From Bigelowiella natans CCMP2755 (taxonomy: Eukaryota; Protista; Cercozoa), in contig ADNK01002759.1 in assembly GCA_000320545.1 (NCBI GenBank), positions 1 to 32,446 of the forward strand: a stretch of 32,446 bases of DNA, read 5' to 3'. Positions 12,125 through 24,001 of this stretch are shown one piece after another. The notes beneath the pieces are model-generated. The model had not been told where the DNA came from, searched no databases, and worked only from the letters and a program-made list of their open reading frames with translations. Each line of letters starts with the position of its first letter. Positions within the stretch are counted from its first letter, which is position 1. A program made the translations under genes and the position numbers.

Positions 12125-13079
12125 TGATATAGAACATAGAGCTTCGCAGGGGGTTCGTGCACAAAGGCTTCACCGAGGACCGTGATTTGCCCCTTGTGGA
12201 TTCACATTCACCTCTCAGCTTTCGTGTCGAACGAGCAGAAAAACATCCCAAAAAGTGCAAACGTGTGCCACATGTGTGTACATGCACGTGCACATGCACA
12301 CCTGAAGTTATTATTAAGAAGTGAACAACTACGCAACGCTGAAAGTTCACGTTGCGACGAACTTGTGCTCTGAACAGGAGGACCAAGCTAGCAAGCACTG
12401 CTAGAGTGTTTGCGCAATTACAACTACTCACACAGCTACATCATCAGGGTGACATTTCAATTCATTCAATTCATCATATAATTGCATCCGTCTCACACAT
12501 GATGTCACGTTGTCCATGCATGATGGAAGACAATGGACATTGCAATGCAATGTGCACAGCATGCTAGCATGCTCTGGTGCTAGCATACATGTCATGTTGC
12601 GTTGCTCATGATGAAGACCAAACTAGCACGGTTGGATCTAGCTAGCTAGGTAGACATTTGTCCGTGTGGCACATTGTCAGTCGCTAGCGCTAACTAGAGC
12701 GATGTCACTGAGCTAGCAAATCCAAACAACAAGCGCATAGCGCATTGCGCAAGATGCATTACATGCATCACATTTGTTTATGTTGTACATGCTAGCATGC
12801 TAGCATGCTAGCATGAATGACATGTAATCATGGTCCATTTTTTGGGAGAAGACGGCATCTTAAGTCATTATAAGGACATCAAGATGATGATAATTGACGC
12901 CCATCCGCGCTTTTTATCATCTACCTACGAGCCATTGTTGTTCTTACTTTTATTTGGCTCCTACATCTTATAGAAGTAAAACTGGACTACTCTAACCCCA
13001 TATATTCGTGTAATAATATGATGTGTCGCAATAACACTTTGTATTATAACACAAATTGGACTATGATTCCTCAGCAGCT

Positions 13080-14268
13080 TTAGTTTCTAGGCGTTGCATA
13101 GTCTATGCGAATTATGCGCCTGATGAGTGCAAAGGAGGAGATTGGCATAATAAAAAGAATTAATGATAAAAATAACAATAACAATAATAACAACAACAAT
13201 AATAATAATAATAATAATAAAAATAAAAATAATACGGCAGACGATAAAACATTTGTGAGATGATAAAGAAACATTGGAATATGTGCACATGCGCACATGC
13301 ACTCATACGTATGACAGCTCTACGGTTTAGTAAAATAAGAGTAGTGGTGGTGAGGTACCCCATGAGGTCTTCGCCATTCTTCTTGATGAAGTTATCCACA
13401 GATTCGGCGCAGTCAAAATCGATGAACCCACATCCCTTGAAGTCGCCAGATTCTCGGTCAGTTAGCCAGCGGATCTTGTAGATCTCACCACAATCCTGAC
13501 AGAAAACGCAATTACTCAATTAGAATCGTAGAATAACTACTAATGGGTATAGCCATTTGCCGGAGAACTACGATGATGATGACGATGATGATGACGATGA
13601 TTATTCTTTTCGTTATCATAAATTTTTAAGGTGATGGTGAATATGGTAAAAACGGGATCTTGCAGGCACAAATGAGTACATTGTCATGATGAATAGACAA
13701 CTGCTATCCTTCTTCTACTACTGCTATAACTGCTACAAACAGCACTATTACCTTTGCGAAGTCTCTCATCTTATCATCATCAATGTCGAAGGATAAGTTG
13801 CCAACAAATACTGTGCTCGTCCCCCTGTGCAACCACGCAAACGGTATTAGCAGAGCACATGGATGATAATAATGATAATAATAATTAATAATGGTGATGA
13901 TGATCATGATGATAATGATGATGATAGTGATGAAAAATAATAATGATATTTGTTATCCTATGGAGCGAATGGAAGATACGAAAGACTCTTTTTGTAAAGT
14001 CTACTTCTTCTTTTTCTTCAAAGTAGTAGCATACGCTAGTAGGTAGGTACCCTTCAGGGCGTTCACTGGGCTCTCTTTTAGATCCCTTACTGCCTCCTTT
14101 GCCTCCGCCCCTTTGCCTGTCACCGCCAGGTCTTGGTTTGGCAAAGTTGATCTTAAGAGGCCGACCCATTAATTCGAGACCTGAACAACAACAATGCATA
14201 ATATTGGTATTATATGTGTTTTTTGATAATCGTCTAGATGAGCCGCACACAGCAGCATGGCTACTAGT

Positions 14269-14304
<36 letters not shown>

Positions 14305-16078
14305 ATACGTAATAACAAGCAGTCAACACAATATAGAAGGAAGGAGATGAAAGGGCTAGTATTAAACACGTTGTTGTTGTTGTTGTTGTTGCGTATATCG
14401 CTATCATCATCCTTTAGTAGAGGAGTAGTACCATTCTTCTGCACAGCCTTCTGAGCCGCCTCGGTCGACTCGAAGGTCACAAATCCGCACCCTTTGAAAC
14501 GGCCCTGTCAATAATAATAACAACAATAATAATAAGTCAATAATATGTCAAATAGTGTCATCGGATCGGATGATGATGATAGCAATTATAGTAACGTTCA
14601 ATAAATTACATCTTCCTTGTTCGTGAGCCAATAGATATCCGTAAGTTGACCACAATCCTTTACAACAACAACAACAACAATGTGGTTAGCGGACACACAC
14701 TCCACGCTTCGATCTTTGTGTTTCTATATCTATTTTAAATAAGCTGATTGAAGTAATAAATAGCATCATCATCTACTGCTACTAATCCATATCTCAAACA
14801 ACCTTGAAGAACTCTCGAGTCTTGTCGTCATCGATGTCCCAACTCAAATTTCCAAGGAAGCATTTTGGATTTGCTTCCAAGTTCTGTTGCGTCAATTAAT
14901 AGATATAGTGATTATTACTGACTGATAATTAGATTATAAAAACGCAATGACAATTGTACATAAACACACACACACACACATACATACATCATCATCATCA
15001 TCATCATCATCATAATCATAAATCTGCAACCACCTCAAGATCATTGCTTGTTTTCTGCTTCTTCTTAGCGCTGAGAACTTCCCACGAGGAATCGGCGGCC
15101 GTAGCATCGCCACCTTCTTCTTTTTTTTCTTCTTCTTCCTCACGGCCACGTTTTACTCCCGCAGTAGTAGCAGTTTCCTTTTACGTAAAAATACATTAGT
15201 TGTTGTGGTGGTGGTGGTGGTGATGATGATGATGATAATGATGATGATGATGATAAGGAGAGAAGACGGAGCCTGAGATTATGCAAAGTGGGTGTTTCTA
15301 GCCTTACTTCCTTTTCCTCTTCCGCCCCCGAAGATTTCTGCGCCTCTTCATAAGCTGCTTTTGCCTGATTAAAACAAATGATAGTTTTCAGCTTCTGAGG
15401 CCAGTGTTGCTGTTCAATGCTATAGACTGGTGGCACATACCGCTTTGAACGCTTTCTTAAGCTTCTTATCAGTCTTGTCAGCCCGCCATGCTTTTCGCGC
15501 AGCTTTGAACTTCTTCTTAAGGGCGTTCAGGTCTGTAGTTCGCAGAGAGTCATCATCACACTCTGGGCTGTTTCTTTTTACAGGGAGGTGGTGGTGTGGT
15601 GATAGTATCGCACAAAATTTTGTTTTGACGATTTGACTCTCATGTTATCACTGTTGTAACACCTGCATCTCCGTTTGCCTTGGTCTCCTCAGTTTTGGGA
15701 GTTTCGGTGGAATCGGCTGCTGCGGACTCCGCCTTCGCAGCCTCGAATGCAGCTTTCGCCTTTTTCCATGCCTAAATATCAGTCGAGACCACACCATGTC
15801 GCTTAAATTCGAACTAGGTAAACTTTTTCACCATTGGTTCTACATATGTATAGGTACTAGTCTGATATTAGCACTGCAAATGTTACGTACTTTCTTGAGC
15901 TTCTTGTCCTCTTTATCAGCTCTCCAAGCCTTTCGAGCTTTTTTGAACGCTTTTTCTAACTCTATGGCATATCAAAGTATCAAATGTTGTACAGGACGTT
16001 AATAAACACATGCACGAACGTTCCAGCAACACCCACTGAAAAGAAAAGATTGGGAGGGTATGCACCTGCCAAAGCCAT
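13080..16078 (-). CDS. Nucleolin/NSR1/gar2-like RNA-binding protein with two RRMs (about 13 exons)
   Basis: Spliced product: MALA|ELEKAFKKARKAWRADKEDKKLKK|AWKKAKAAFEAAK...|DLNALKKKFKAARKAWRADKTDKKLKKAFKA|AKAAYEEAQK...KRGREEEEE... RRM1: KCFLGNLSWDIDDD...GRFKGCGFVTFES...GRPLKINFA. RRM2: TVFVGNLSFDIDDD...GDFKGCGFIDFD...GRIIRIDYATPRN*. RNP1 and RNP2 motifs are intact in both. Confidence 0.85.
13171..15255. repeat. Cluster of intronic microsatellites, (AAT/AAC)n, (GAT)n, (TG)n, (GTT)n, (CA)n, (CAT)n, (GGT)n, in the nucleolin-like gene
   Basis: For example 13171-13233, 13572-13600, 14273-14300, 14370-14391, 14965-15015 and 15200-15255; all lie within inferred introns. Confidence 0.85.
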
Positions 16079-16783
16079 TGTTCTCGGGTCTAACAATTTA
16101 TGTGAGCATATTACTGCAGAAAGTCAGATTATCAGTTCGCAAAATGGTTTTGGATGTTTCAATAATTCCATTGTAACATGTATAACGACATCAAAATGAT
16201 CCTGACGCATGTTTATTTAAAGATCTAGTATTCTGAAAAACTACTGGGACATTTTCTGATGGGAAAAACAGCGAATGGCCGATGTCGCGGATCAGAATGT
16301 CTGTAGATATTGCCGTCGACAGAACAAAATTTATTAATATGTTAAGATCTGAATATTATATCTTTACTTAAAAATCTCTTGATGATGCAGGAAAAAGCCT
16401 GCATTTGAGAGAAGAATCATCAGATAGATATTGTATTTTTGTATCTAAACGTGTTTGTAGATGGAATTTTGTGCTGGAATTTGTGTTCGCTTGAGCGTGA
16501 CGGAGTTTTTTACGGAGTTATTAAAAGTAGGTTTAGAATTTCTATTGTTACGACATGAATTTGTGCCTTCTGAGAAGATAGACGGAATGTATTTTTTGCC
16601 AATATATTAAAATGAATGAACGACTTCAAGCAAATTATGTCGCTCTCACAAAATCGTATCGAAATTTTATTGTGTGCTATTGCTGTCATTGTTGTATTGT
16701 GTGTTGTTATTCATGTATTTTCCTTCCTCAGATATTACTTCGGTAAAATATTTTCCAACAGATACGTGTGGTCTTGAGCAAGA

Positions 16784-17704
16784 ATGGCGAAGAAAAAATG
16801 GGGCGGGGAGGACACGCGTGGACTGAAAGCCAAGGCCCAAAAGGCAGCCTCAAGAGCGGAGAAGAACGCTGCAGCCAATTTGGCCAAAGAAAGAGCCGAG
16901 TCAGCGTCATGGAGAGACAGCGTTACAGATCGCAAATCTCGTCGCAAACAAGAGAAGGACGAAAAGGAATTACAACGCCGAGCACGTCTGGAGCAAAAGA
17001 AAGCCATTCTTGCAGCGGAGGAAAGAGAAATGGCAGGAATGAAAGCATCAAAAGGAAAGAGAAGGAAAGCCCAATTAGCAGCTGGAGCCTCAACGTGGGC
17101 GAAAAAGAACGGAACAACAACCAATGGCAGTAAATTGAGTATGAAGGCGTTGGCTCAGAGAAAAATAGATGTACCTACTCCTTTCGTGCGTAAGGTTTTG
17201 GTGCAATTCTATACTAAACATAACCCAGAAAAATTAGAGAATATAGACAAAATTATAGAGAAATTTGAGGGCAAATGGGCCAAGCTCGAAGCTGGCCTAC
17301 GGAAAAAATTTCCAGAAAATGCGCCAGATCTCGAATCTCTTTATTCTAAAGAGAAGCAGAAAATTGAAAAGCAGCAGCAGGCTGCTATGGAAAATATGAT
17401 AATTCCTAGTGAAGTAGTGGGGCCAAATGTAAATCAGCTAGTGAGAGAAGAGCGCAAGGGGGGCGTGGCGGTTGCTTTTGGAGTAGATGACACCCTTCAG
17501 CAGCTGGGATCAATCGTCAAAGGTTCAGGATCTAAAATCGATAGAAACCCAGAAAAGAGAAGGAAGGCCCTGTTCCGATCATATGAGGAGAGAGAAATGG
17601 CACGGTTGCGTGCTGAGAACCCGAAGCTGAAAAGAAGTCAACTAAAAGAACGCATTTTTGCTGCTTGGCAAAAATCTCCGGAGAATCCAATGAATCAAAA
17701 GTAG
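16784..17704 (+). CDS. CCDC124: CCDC124/Lso2/Oxs1-family ribosome-binding coiled-coil protein, intronless, 306 aa
   Basis: N-terminus MAKKKWGGEDTRGLKAKAQKAA...ESASW and C-terminus DRNPEKRRKALFRSYEEREMARLRAENPKLKRSQLKERIFAAWQKSPENPMNQ match the CCDC124 family termini. Confidence 0.88.
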   Translation: MAKKKWGGEDTRGLKAKAQKAASRAEKNAAANLAKERAESASWRDSVTDRKSRRKQEKDEKELQRRARLEQKKAILAAEEREMAGMKASKGKRRKAQLAAGASTWAKKNGTTTNGSKLSMKALAQRKIDVPTPFVRKVLVQFYTKHNPEKLENIDKIIEKFEGKWAKLEAGLRKKFPENAPDLESLYSKEKQKIEKQQQAAMENMIIPSEVVGPNVNQLVREERKGGVAVAFGVDDTLQQLGSIVKGSGSKIDRNPEKRRKALFRSYEEREMARLRAENPKLKRSQLKERIFAAWQKSPENPMNQK

Positions 17705-18289
17705 TAGTTCGGTTGCTCAAGTTTGCCCTGGTAAAAATTTACATCGAGCATATTGTCAGTCGTAATGTACACATGTGACTTGTTCGATGTCGATTTTACA
17801 TGTACGAATACCCACAGCATCTACGTGTGCGATGCGTGCTACACATTAATACATCTTGAATGGCATTAACATAGATGAACGATTTGTGAACCACCACGAT
17901 CCGATGTTCGATGCTTGGCCAATCGCTATTCCTGCTATTAAAATGTTGGGCAATAATATAGCCCTTATGGCGGCTATGTTATTTGTGCATGCGCGTATGA
18001 ACACATGCTATGAACGACACGTCTAGACGTGTAGCAAACATGCACACACATTTTCTTTTCATGCCGACATCCACACCAAATTGAGCACACATGCACTTCT
18101 CTAGTACTCGATGAAAACACGTGTGCAAAATGAAATATGTACGTACACGAATGTGACTACATTGTTCGATTATGTGTTGTTGTGTGGGTACGCACAGAAC
18201 ATGTGTGTGCGCACAGAACATGTGTGCGTCAAAATGCACATGCTCGTACGCACACACGCGCATGTAACTTTCATGGCTTGATTCAGCTG

Positions 18290-18390
18290 TGCAAAGCAGC
18301 AGCTACAGCGCTTGTGTCATGTCCACTTGTCTCTTCCATTGTGTGTTTCATGCATTCAAAAGCATCTAGCTATATTCGTGCATTCTGCGT
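18290..18390 (+). repeat. Dispersed intergenic repeat, copy B
   Basis: TGCAAAGCAGCAGCTACAGCGCTTGTGTCA...CATGCATTCAAAAGCATCTA aligns to the reverse complement of 3040-3142. Confidence 0.75.
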
Positions 18391-18740
18391 CGTCGACACG
18401 TCGTGCATACATGTCTATTATAGTGGTACGCGCAGGTGATTAAATCTTTTCATGCAACATGTGCATTTAACTTTGGCACACGAATGTAGCCATCATGGCC
18501 ATGTTCAATCCGGAACAACACATCTGTGCAAAAAAATGCACAGATGCGTGTGGACAGCACACATGTCTGGACAGGTCTGGAGGTGTAGGAGCTTATCACA
18601 GGTCGCCGTTTCAGTTGTATAGTTGCGGCGTTGGGTGTACTTTTTCATATCCGTCTCATGTAATCCACACGTGTCGTATGGCAAAGCAATGTAGCTAGCT
18701 AGCTAACCTATGTACACATACAGTACTGCTCTAACCTAAG

Positions 18741-20908
18741 TCAACCCTCACGCTGAATTTGCTTTTCTGTTGGTCGGCTACTATCCTGTAAGCTGCTTTC
18801 TGGGAGTCGAGCAGATTCTGGCATGATCCTGAGCATTTCATTCTGGCATTTACGAAGCCCGCTCTTACCGTATAAGTTCATTTCCGTATCCATTCCTTCC
18901 TTCGTCGCTGCCGTCAAATTTCTAACTCTACTAGCTTGAGAGGTAGGCTCCGGGAGGGGGGTCCCAGCTCTTCCAGTCCTGGATCCTTTTCGTTGCTGTC
19001 CTTCCCATTTCTCTGCCGATAGGGAGGCTAAGGCTGCATTCCGTAAGAGTTTGTTTTGCCTTGTTCGTGAGCTTTTTCTGGAAGAATTTTGCCCACTGCT
19101 ATGAAGATTGTACTTGCCATTAAAAGAAAGAACAGCAACATGGTCCTGTTCGTGTGGGGTGTTGATTGCCTTCTGCATTTCTAGCGGCCTTTCTGGTAAA
19201 ACTTCTCGCTTCTCAGGCGGTGTAGTCGGTCGTCGCGACATTGATTGGATTCTGGATAAAACAGAGGGAGAAGAGGCAGCCTTTCCGTGCAGCTTTCTTC
19301 CTCTGCTCCCAAGCTCAAGTCTATTATGCTGTCTAAGCTTGACTTTATTTCTTTTCGATGCGCGTCTCAAGACGGTATTATGAAAATCGAATTCGGCCTC
19401 CCTTATAATAATAAACATCGTGACTAAAGCTATCATATAACGAAGTTCTCTGGAGAAATGATGTAAACGACTACAATGATCCTACAACACGTATAACTAC
19501 AACGTATACTTCAGAGCAAAATACCATTGTTTCCTACTGAATTGCGACTTTCTCTCCATTATGCGTTTGCTAATAATCTGATTAGTATCATATACCCGTA
19601 CAATCTCTGTTACTAGCTTAGTTGTGTGTGGAAGGGGGGATGGGGGTGGGTTGGTATGGACAATATTTTCAGAGAGATCTAAGTTCAACACACATGTATA
19701 TGTATATGTATATGTAATATTATAATATTTATATTTATTGATATTCTCATTTACATTACTTTATTTTCCTTGGCAATTTTCTCCTGTCTCTTCTTACGAT
19801 GCCATGAAAGGGCTATTATGAGTCTTCTACGCTCTTCATTCTGGAACGCCTTGTCTATCAGTAAAATGGAAAACGTATCGCTGGAGGTGAGAGCTATACA
19901 AATGAAACAGTAATATCGCACGATTCATTACAACATTTTTCATTATATCCATCTATATGGTTGATATTAAAAGCAGCAATTACCTTTTTCAGAAGGTCGC
20001 ATTAAGATTTCCTCGATTTTTTGGTTTTTCATGCGGTTTTCATGGTATAGCCTACGTGCGATGTCCTCCTTTTTGTACTGCGGAAGAGGTCATAAGTGTA
20101 AGAATAAAGAAAAGATGATGCGGGAATATGAGCCTAATCGGGTTAAAGCATAGGGAGGCAAAAAGGGAGATGGATGCGGAATAACTAATCGATGCTAGCA
20201 AGACGTTTAGCACAAAATTAAGTAGAATTCTGACTAATTTACATGTTTTATTCATTGATCTCCATCATCATTGAATACGAAGTACTTTAGAGTGTTTCCT
20301 GAAGCGGCAGGTGAGAGCTCTTTGTGTTTTGTCATGGGTAGTAAGAGTAGTCTTCATTCTACGCAGTTTGTCAAGGTGCATTTTTATTAGAGCTTCTCGA
20401 TGCGCCCTCTGATTGTCCGAACGTGAGAAATCTACAGGAGGAATACCCTACACAAAGATCGCAGATGATTTTTAGAGGAAGAATGTGGCGCCCTCGCCAT
20501 TTCATCCAAAAAAGTTTGTCTTGGTCAAACATAGCATACTTTCATGAATGGGTAACACTGCGCCAAATTTACATCCTTTGTTCGTCAACCCGTGATCATT
20601 ATGCTCATTATTTCATGTCACCTAACTGGTCGCACCTGATAAATTTCGGGGATTTTGCAGTCCCACCTCACTCTCCATTGGGTGCTCTCAAGCTTTTCAG
20701 GACGGCTTTGAGAAAGATACACCTCTGCGTTCTCTCTTCTTCTTTTAAGATCCTGCTGGTTTCGCTCTATAAATGCTGCCATTTTCTTTGAAGGTGGCCG
20801 CTTCGACTGCACTATAAGCCCTCTGAGAGAATGTTCCCCATCACCCAAGAAGATTCTGGTATTTTCTGCCTGGGCAGTTCCCAGTCTTCTGTCTGTCTTT
20901 TGTTTCAT
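18741..20908 (-). CDS. CFAP97/hemingway (KIAA1430)-domain ciliary-type protein with long low-complexity C-terminus
   Basis: Spliced exons give ISHVRTIRGAHREALIKMHLDKLRRMKTTL...HSK|YKKEDIARRLYHENRMKNQKIEEIL...|DKAFQNEERRRLIIALSWHRKKRQEKIAKENK|IISKRIMERKSQFSRKQW|EAEFDFHNTVLRR. This fits the family pattern H..KL; I.REN...L.KI..I; RK.....I..EN..I..RI...K..Y....WE. The 5' exons are uncertain and may extend to about 21177. Confidence 0.6.
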
Positions 20909-21602
20909 AAGCACTTTTGCTCTGTCTTGTGGTGAAGAAGCTATTCGATGTGAGTAGATCTAGTAGCCGGCTGAAGAGACAGCGATACTACATCCGACGG
21001 TAGATAGTAGCACCGTACATTCAAAACGTTTTCTTACACGCAGAGGTAGTCAACGTAGTCGTTCGATGAGAATACATGTACCCATGTTATCGAAGAGATG
21101 ATGACGGAGATCATCCACGGAATGAGAGATGAAAGCACAAAGCGGCAATTTAGGAAAGCCTTCAACTCTTTGCGACATCTGAATTACGATGTCGCATGCC
21201 TTTGTGACGATTCGTTACGCGTGCGCATCAAGCGTTCGATGATGGTTTATCTCATAGGTTTAATCATGGGGACGACGATGCCAGCGTTTCTGCCGTTATT
21301 AAATTGGGCCGCCACTACCGGTGATTCACTCCTTTTCTCGGAGGATTCTCTTCGAGATTTTCTCGAGATTATGAAATAATATCGAGAGATTATCAGGAGA
21401 TTGCAACATGTGCGTATTCCATGCGATCGCGTGGCGTCTACGTCGTCGACGCAAGTCGGGAGAAAGTTAGTGAAAACTATGACATTGGTAAGAAGTTTTC
21501 CGCATAAAAATTTATCTATTTTGATTGCTAATTACTTCGGTAGCACTGCTTCTAGATACATCCCCCCCCTAGCACAACACGATACAGTTTTCAAGCTCTA
21601 GA

Positions 21603-22456
21603 ATGTCTATGATCCCTTCTTCAAGTCTCAGGTTCTGTACTATTTACATGTATTATTTAAGTATATGTTCAATGTTCAGCGTGTTGCTTAATCAACGATG
21701 TTGTGCTCTGCAGGCGTTTGCTCTGTCGCTCATTCTCGACTACGGCTTCCACGAAGAAGATTGCCGTTCTCCCAGGTTAACCGAGACTGCAGATGTACTG
21801 TGCGGACAATGACAAAACAAAAAATTGAAATAGAGCATGAATAGCAAGATCTTAAAAACATATGGTATTATCATCAGGTGATGGCATGGGACCTGATGTT
21901 ATGGCGGAGGCACTGAAAGTGCTCTCAGCCGTTGAAAAAAAGTCAACGAGCAACATTACATTCGAGGTCATGATGCAGTTCTCTAATAACTTGAAATAAT
22001 AATTACTGTGGATAAGCGATGAAGATACAGCGGTCGATACGCACTGAAAACGCACTGTTCTTGGTCGCAATGCTCTGAGAATTACAATAATAATAATGAG
22101 GCAGAGGGATAAAACGCTATATATTAATTCTTAGACAAAGGAATATCCTATCGGCGGAGCTGGATGGGATGCATGTGGCGACCACTTTCCAGAGGTAGCG
22201 TATCACCACATTTCCATAGTAATCGTCACCACAACCCCCCACCTCCTCACATCACTAGCAGTACACCAAGGAAGGAGGGAGGGGGGGTGAACAGGAAGAA
22301 TGATGATCATCGTAGTTTCCCTTGGCAGCCACGCCTTTGTTGCTATGTATAGCTGATCCAAGTAGAAATATGTTGGTAAACAACTACCAGGAGACTAAGG
22401 TCGGATGTGAGGGCGCAGATGCTATTCTGTTTGGATCTGTAGGAGGCCCAGGTGCT

Positions 22457-22492
<36 letters not shown>

Positions 22493-22912
22493 GTTTGCAT
22501 TTATGTAGTTATACTCGCTTGAAGTTGTGTTGGTGTTGTCACTGTGTAATCCACGTTGGCGTTCTTGTGTGGATTATGAGAATTATAAGTGTTGCTGTGA
22601 GTACACTTTCATCTACAACTCTACGGTTTTTCCTTCTCTCTCTAAAATGCATGGTGGCTGAGATCGTCCTCCTCTATCTCCTCCTCGCTGCTACTTTGCT
22701 TATAGTTGCAGAACAGAATACTCCTAAATGGTCAAACTCCGAGAAGAATTCTCTCCTTGGTCTAAGGTACTTACTGCTACTTCCAGACCATGAGCAAAAG
22801 CCCGTTTTTTTAAGTTATGACCTAGTTGAATGGTTTTATTCTTCCTTTTCTGCTTGTTCGTGATAGCGCATAGTTATGCCTTCGATGAATGAATATATTG
22901 CACAGACTGGAC

Positions 22913-22947
<35 letters not shown>

Positions 22948-23968
22948 CGATGCCCAATAAGTTCCAGCTATTTCATTTTTTAAATTTAAAACAAAAAAAT
23001 CTATATAATATACCGCAGCTATGATTATTTTGGTAGGCGACTTATATAATAGCCCCCCCCCCTCTCTCCCTTCAGAAAAACGTTCGATCTGGCCATCAAC
23101 TTGCGCCCTGCGGTTATATATCAGCATGAGAGTGAAGAGAGACGATGCTGATGACCATGATTATTCTATTGTGTGTATCGATTACATGCAGGCACATGGC
23201 ACCAAGTTGGATGTGTTTCGTATCTCCCTCCATCATAGCGTTGATGAATGATTACTGCATAATTAGGTTGTTTTCCCGATGTTGTCTTCGATTTCGCCTT
23301 TGCGAGCTGATATCATCGAGAAAGGTAGTAGTAGTAGTAGTAGATGTTGTTGTTTGTTGTATTATTCTATTCTGATTGTCCTTCAAGCAACTCATTCTGT
23401 TTGCCCCCGCTCCTCCTCCTCCTCCTCCTCCTCCTCCTCTTCCTCCTATTCTTCTTCTTCTTCTTCTTCTTCTTCTTCTTCTTCTTCTTCTTCTCCAATC
23501 GCCATTTCATCATCTTCCAAGGGGTGGACTTGCTCGTTGTTCGAGAATTGGTATAATAGTAGTAGTAGTTCTTCAACAACAACAACAACAACAACAATAA
23601 GAAGAAGAAGAAGACATTCGTTTGATGAGTCGCAGACACTATTAGCTCTGATGAGCACCTCGCCGCTCCGATCAAACACTGAGATGAATGATAGCCCTCC
23701 TAACCTATTCTGCCTCCGCAAAAAGTAGTAGTAACAATGCGCGTGTGTGTGTATGTATGTGTGTGTGTGTGTGTGTATGTGCGTGCGTGTGATAATAAGT
23801 CTCTCTTTCGTGGTCGTGGTTGGTTGTTCGTATGGGCGCTGTAGGTGGGTGGAGTGTACTTTGGAGAGCACAAGACAGAGGGGGACAAAGCAACAGATGT
23901 GATGGATTATACCGTTAGTCAGATTAAGAGGTGGGTAGGACGACTCTAGGTATTAGGAGGAGGAGGAA

Positions 23969-24001
<33 letters not shown>

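Noticed and set aside
13080-16078. Intronic C/D-box snoRNAs in the nucleolin-like gene
   Set aside because: TGATGA matches come from (GAT)n repeats; no convincing D box plus terminal stem found.
21098-21379. 93-aa + strand ORF upstream of leuB
   Set aside because: No motif; lies in a CpG-rich divergent promoter region and overlaps a possible first exon of the - strand gene.
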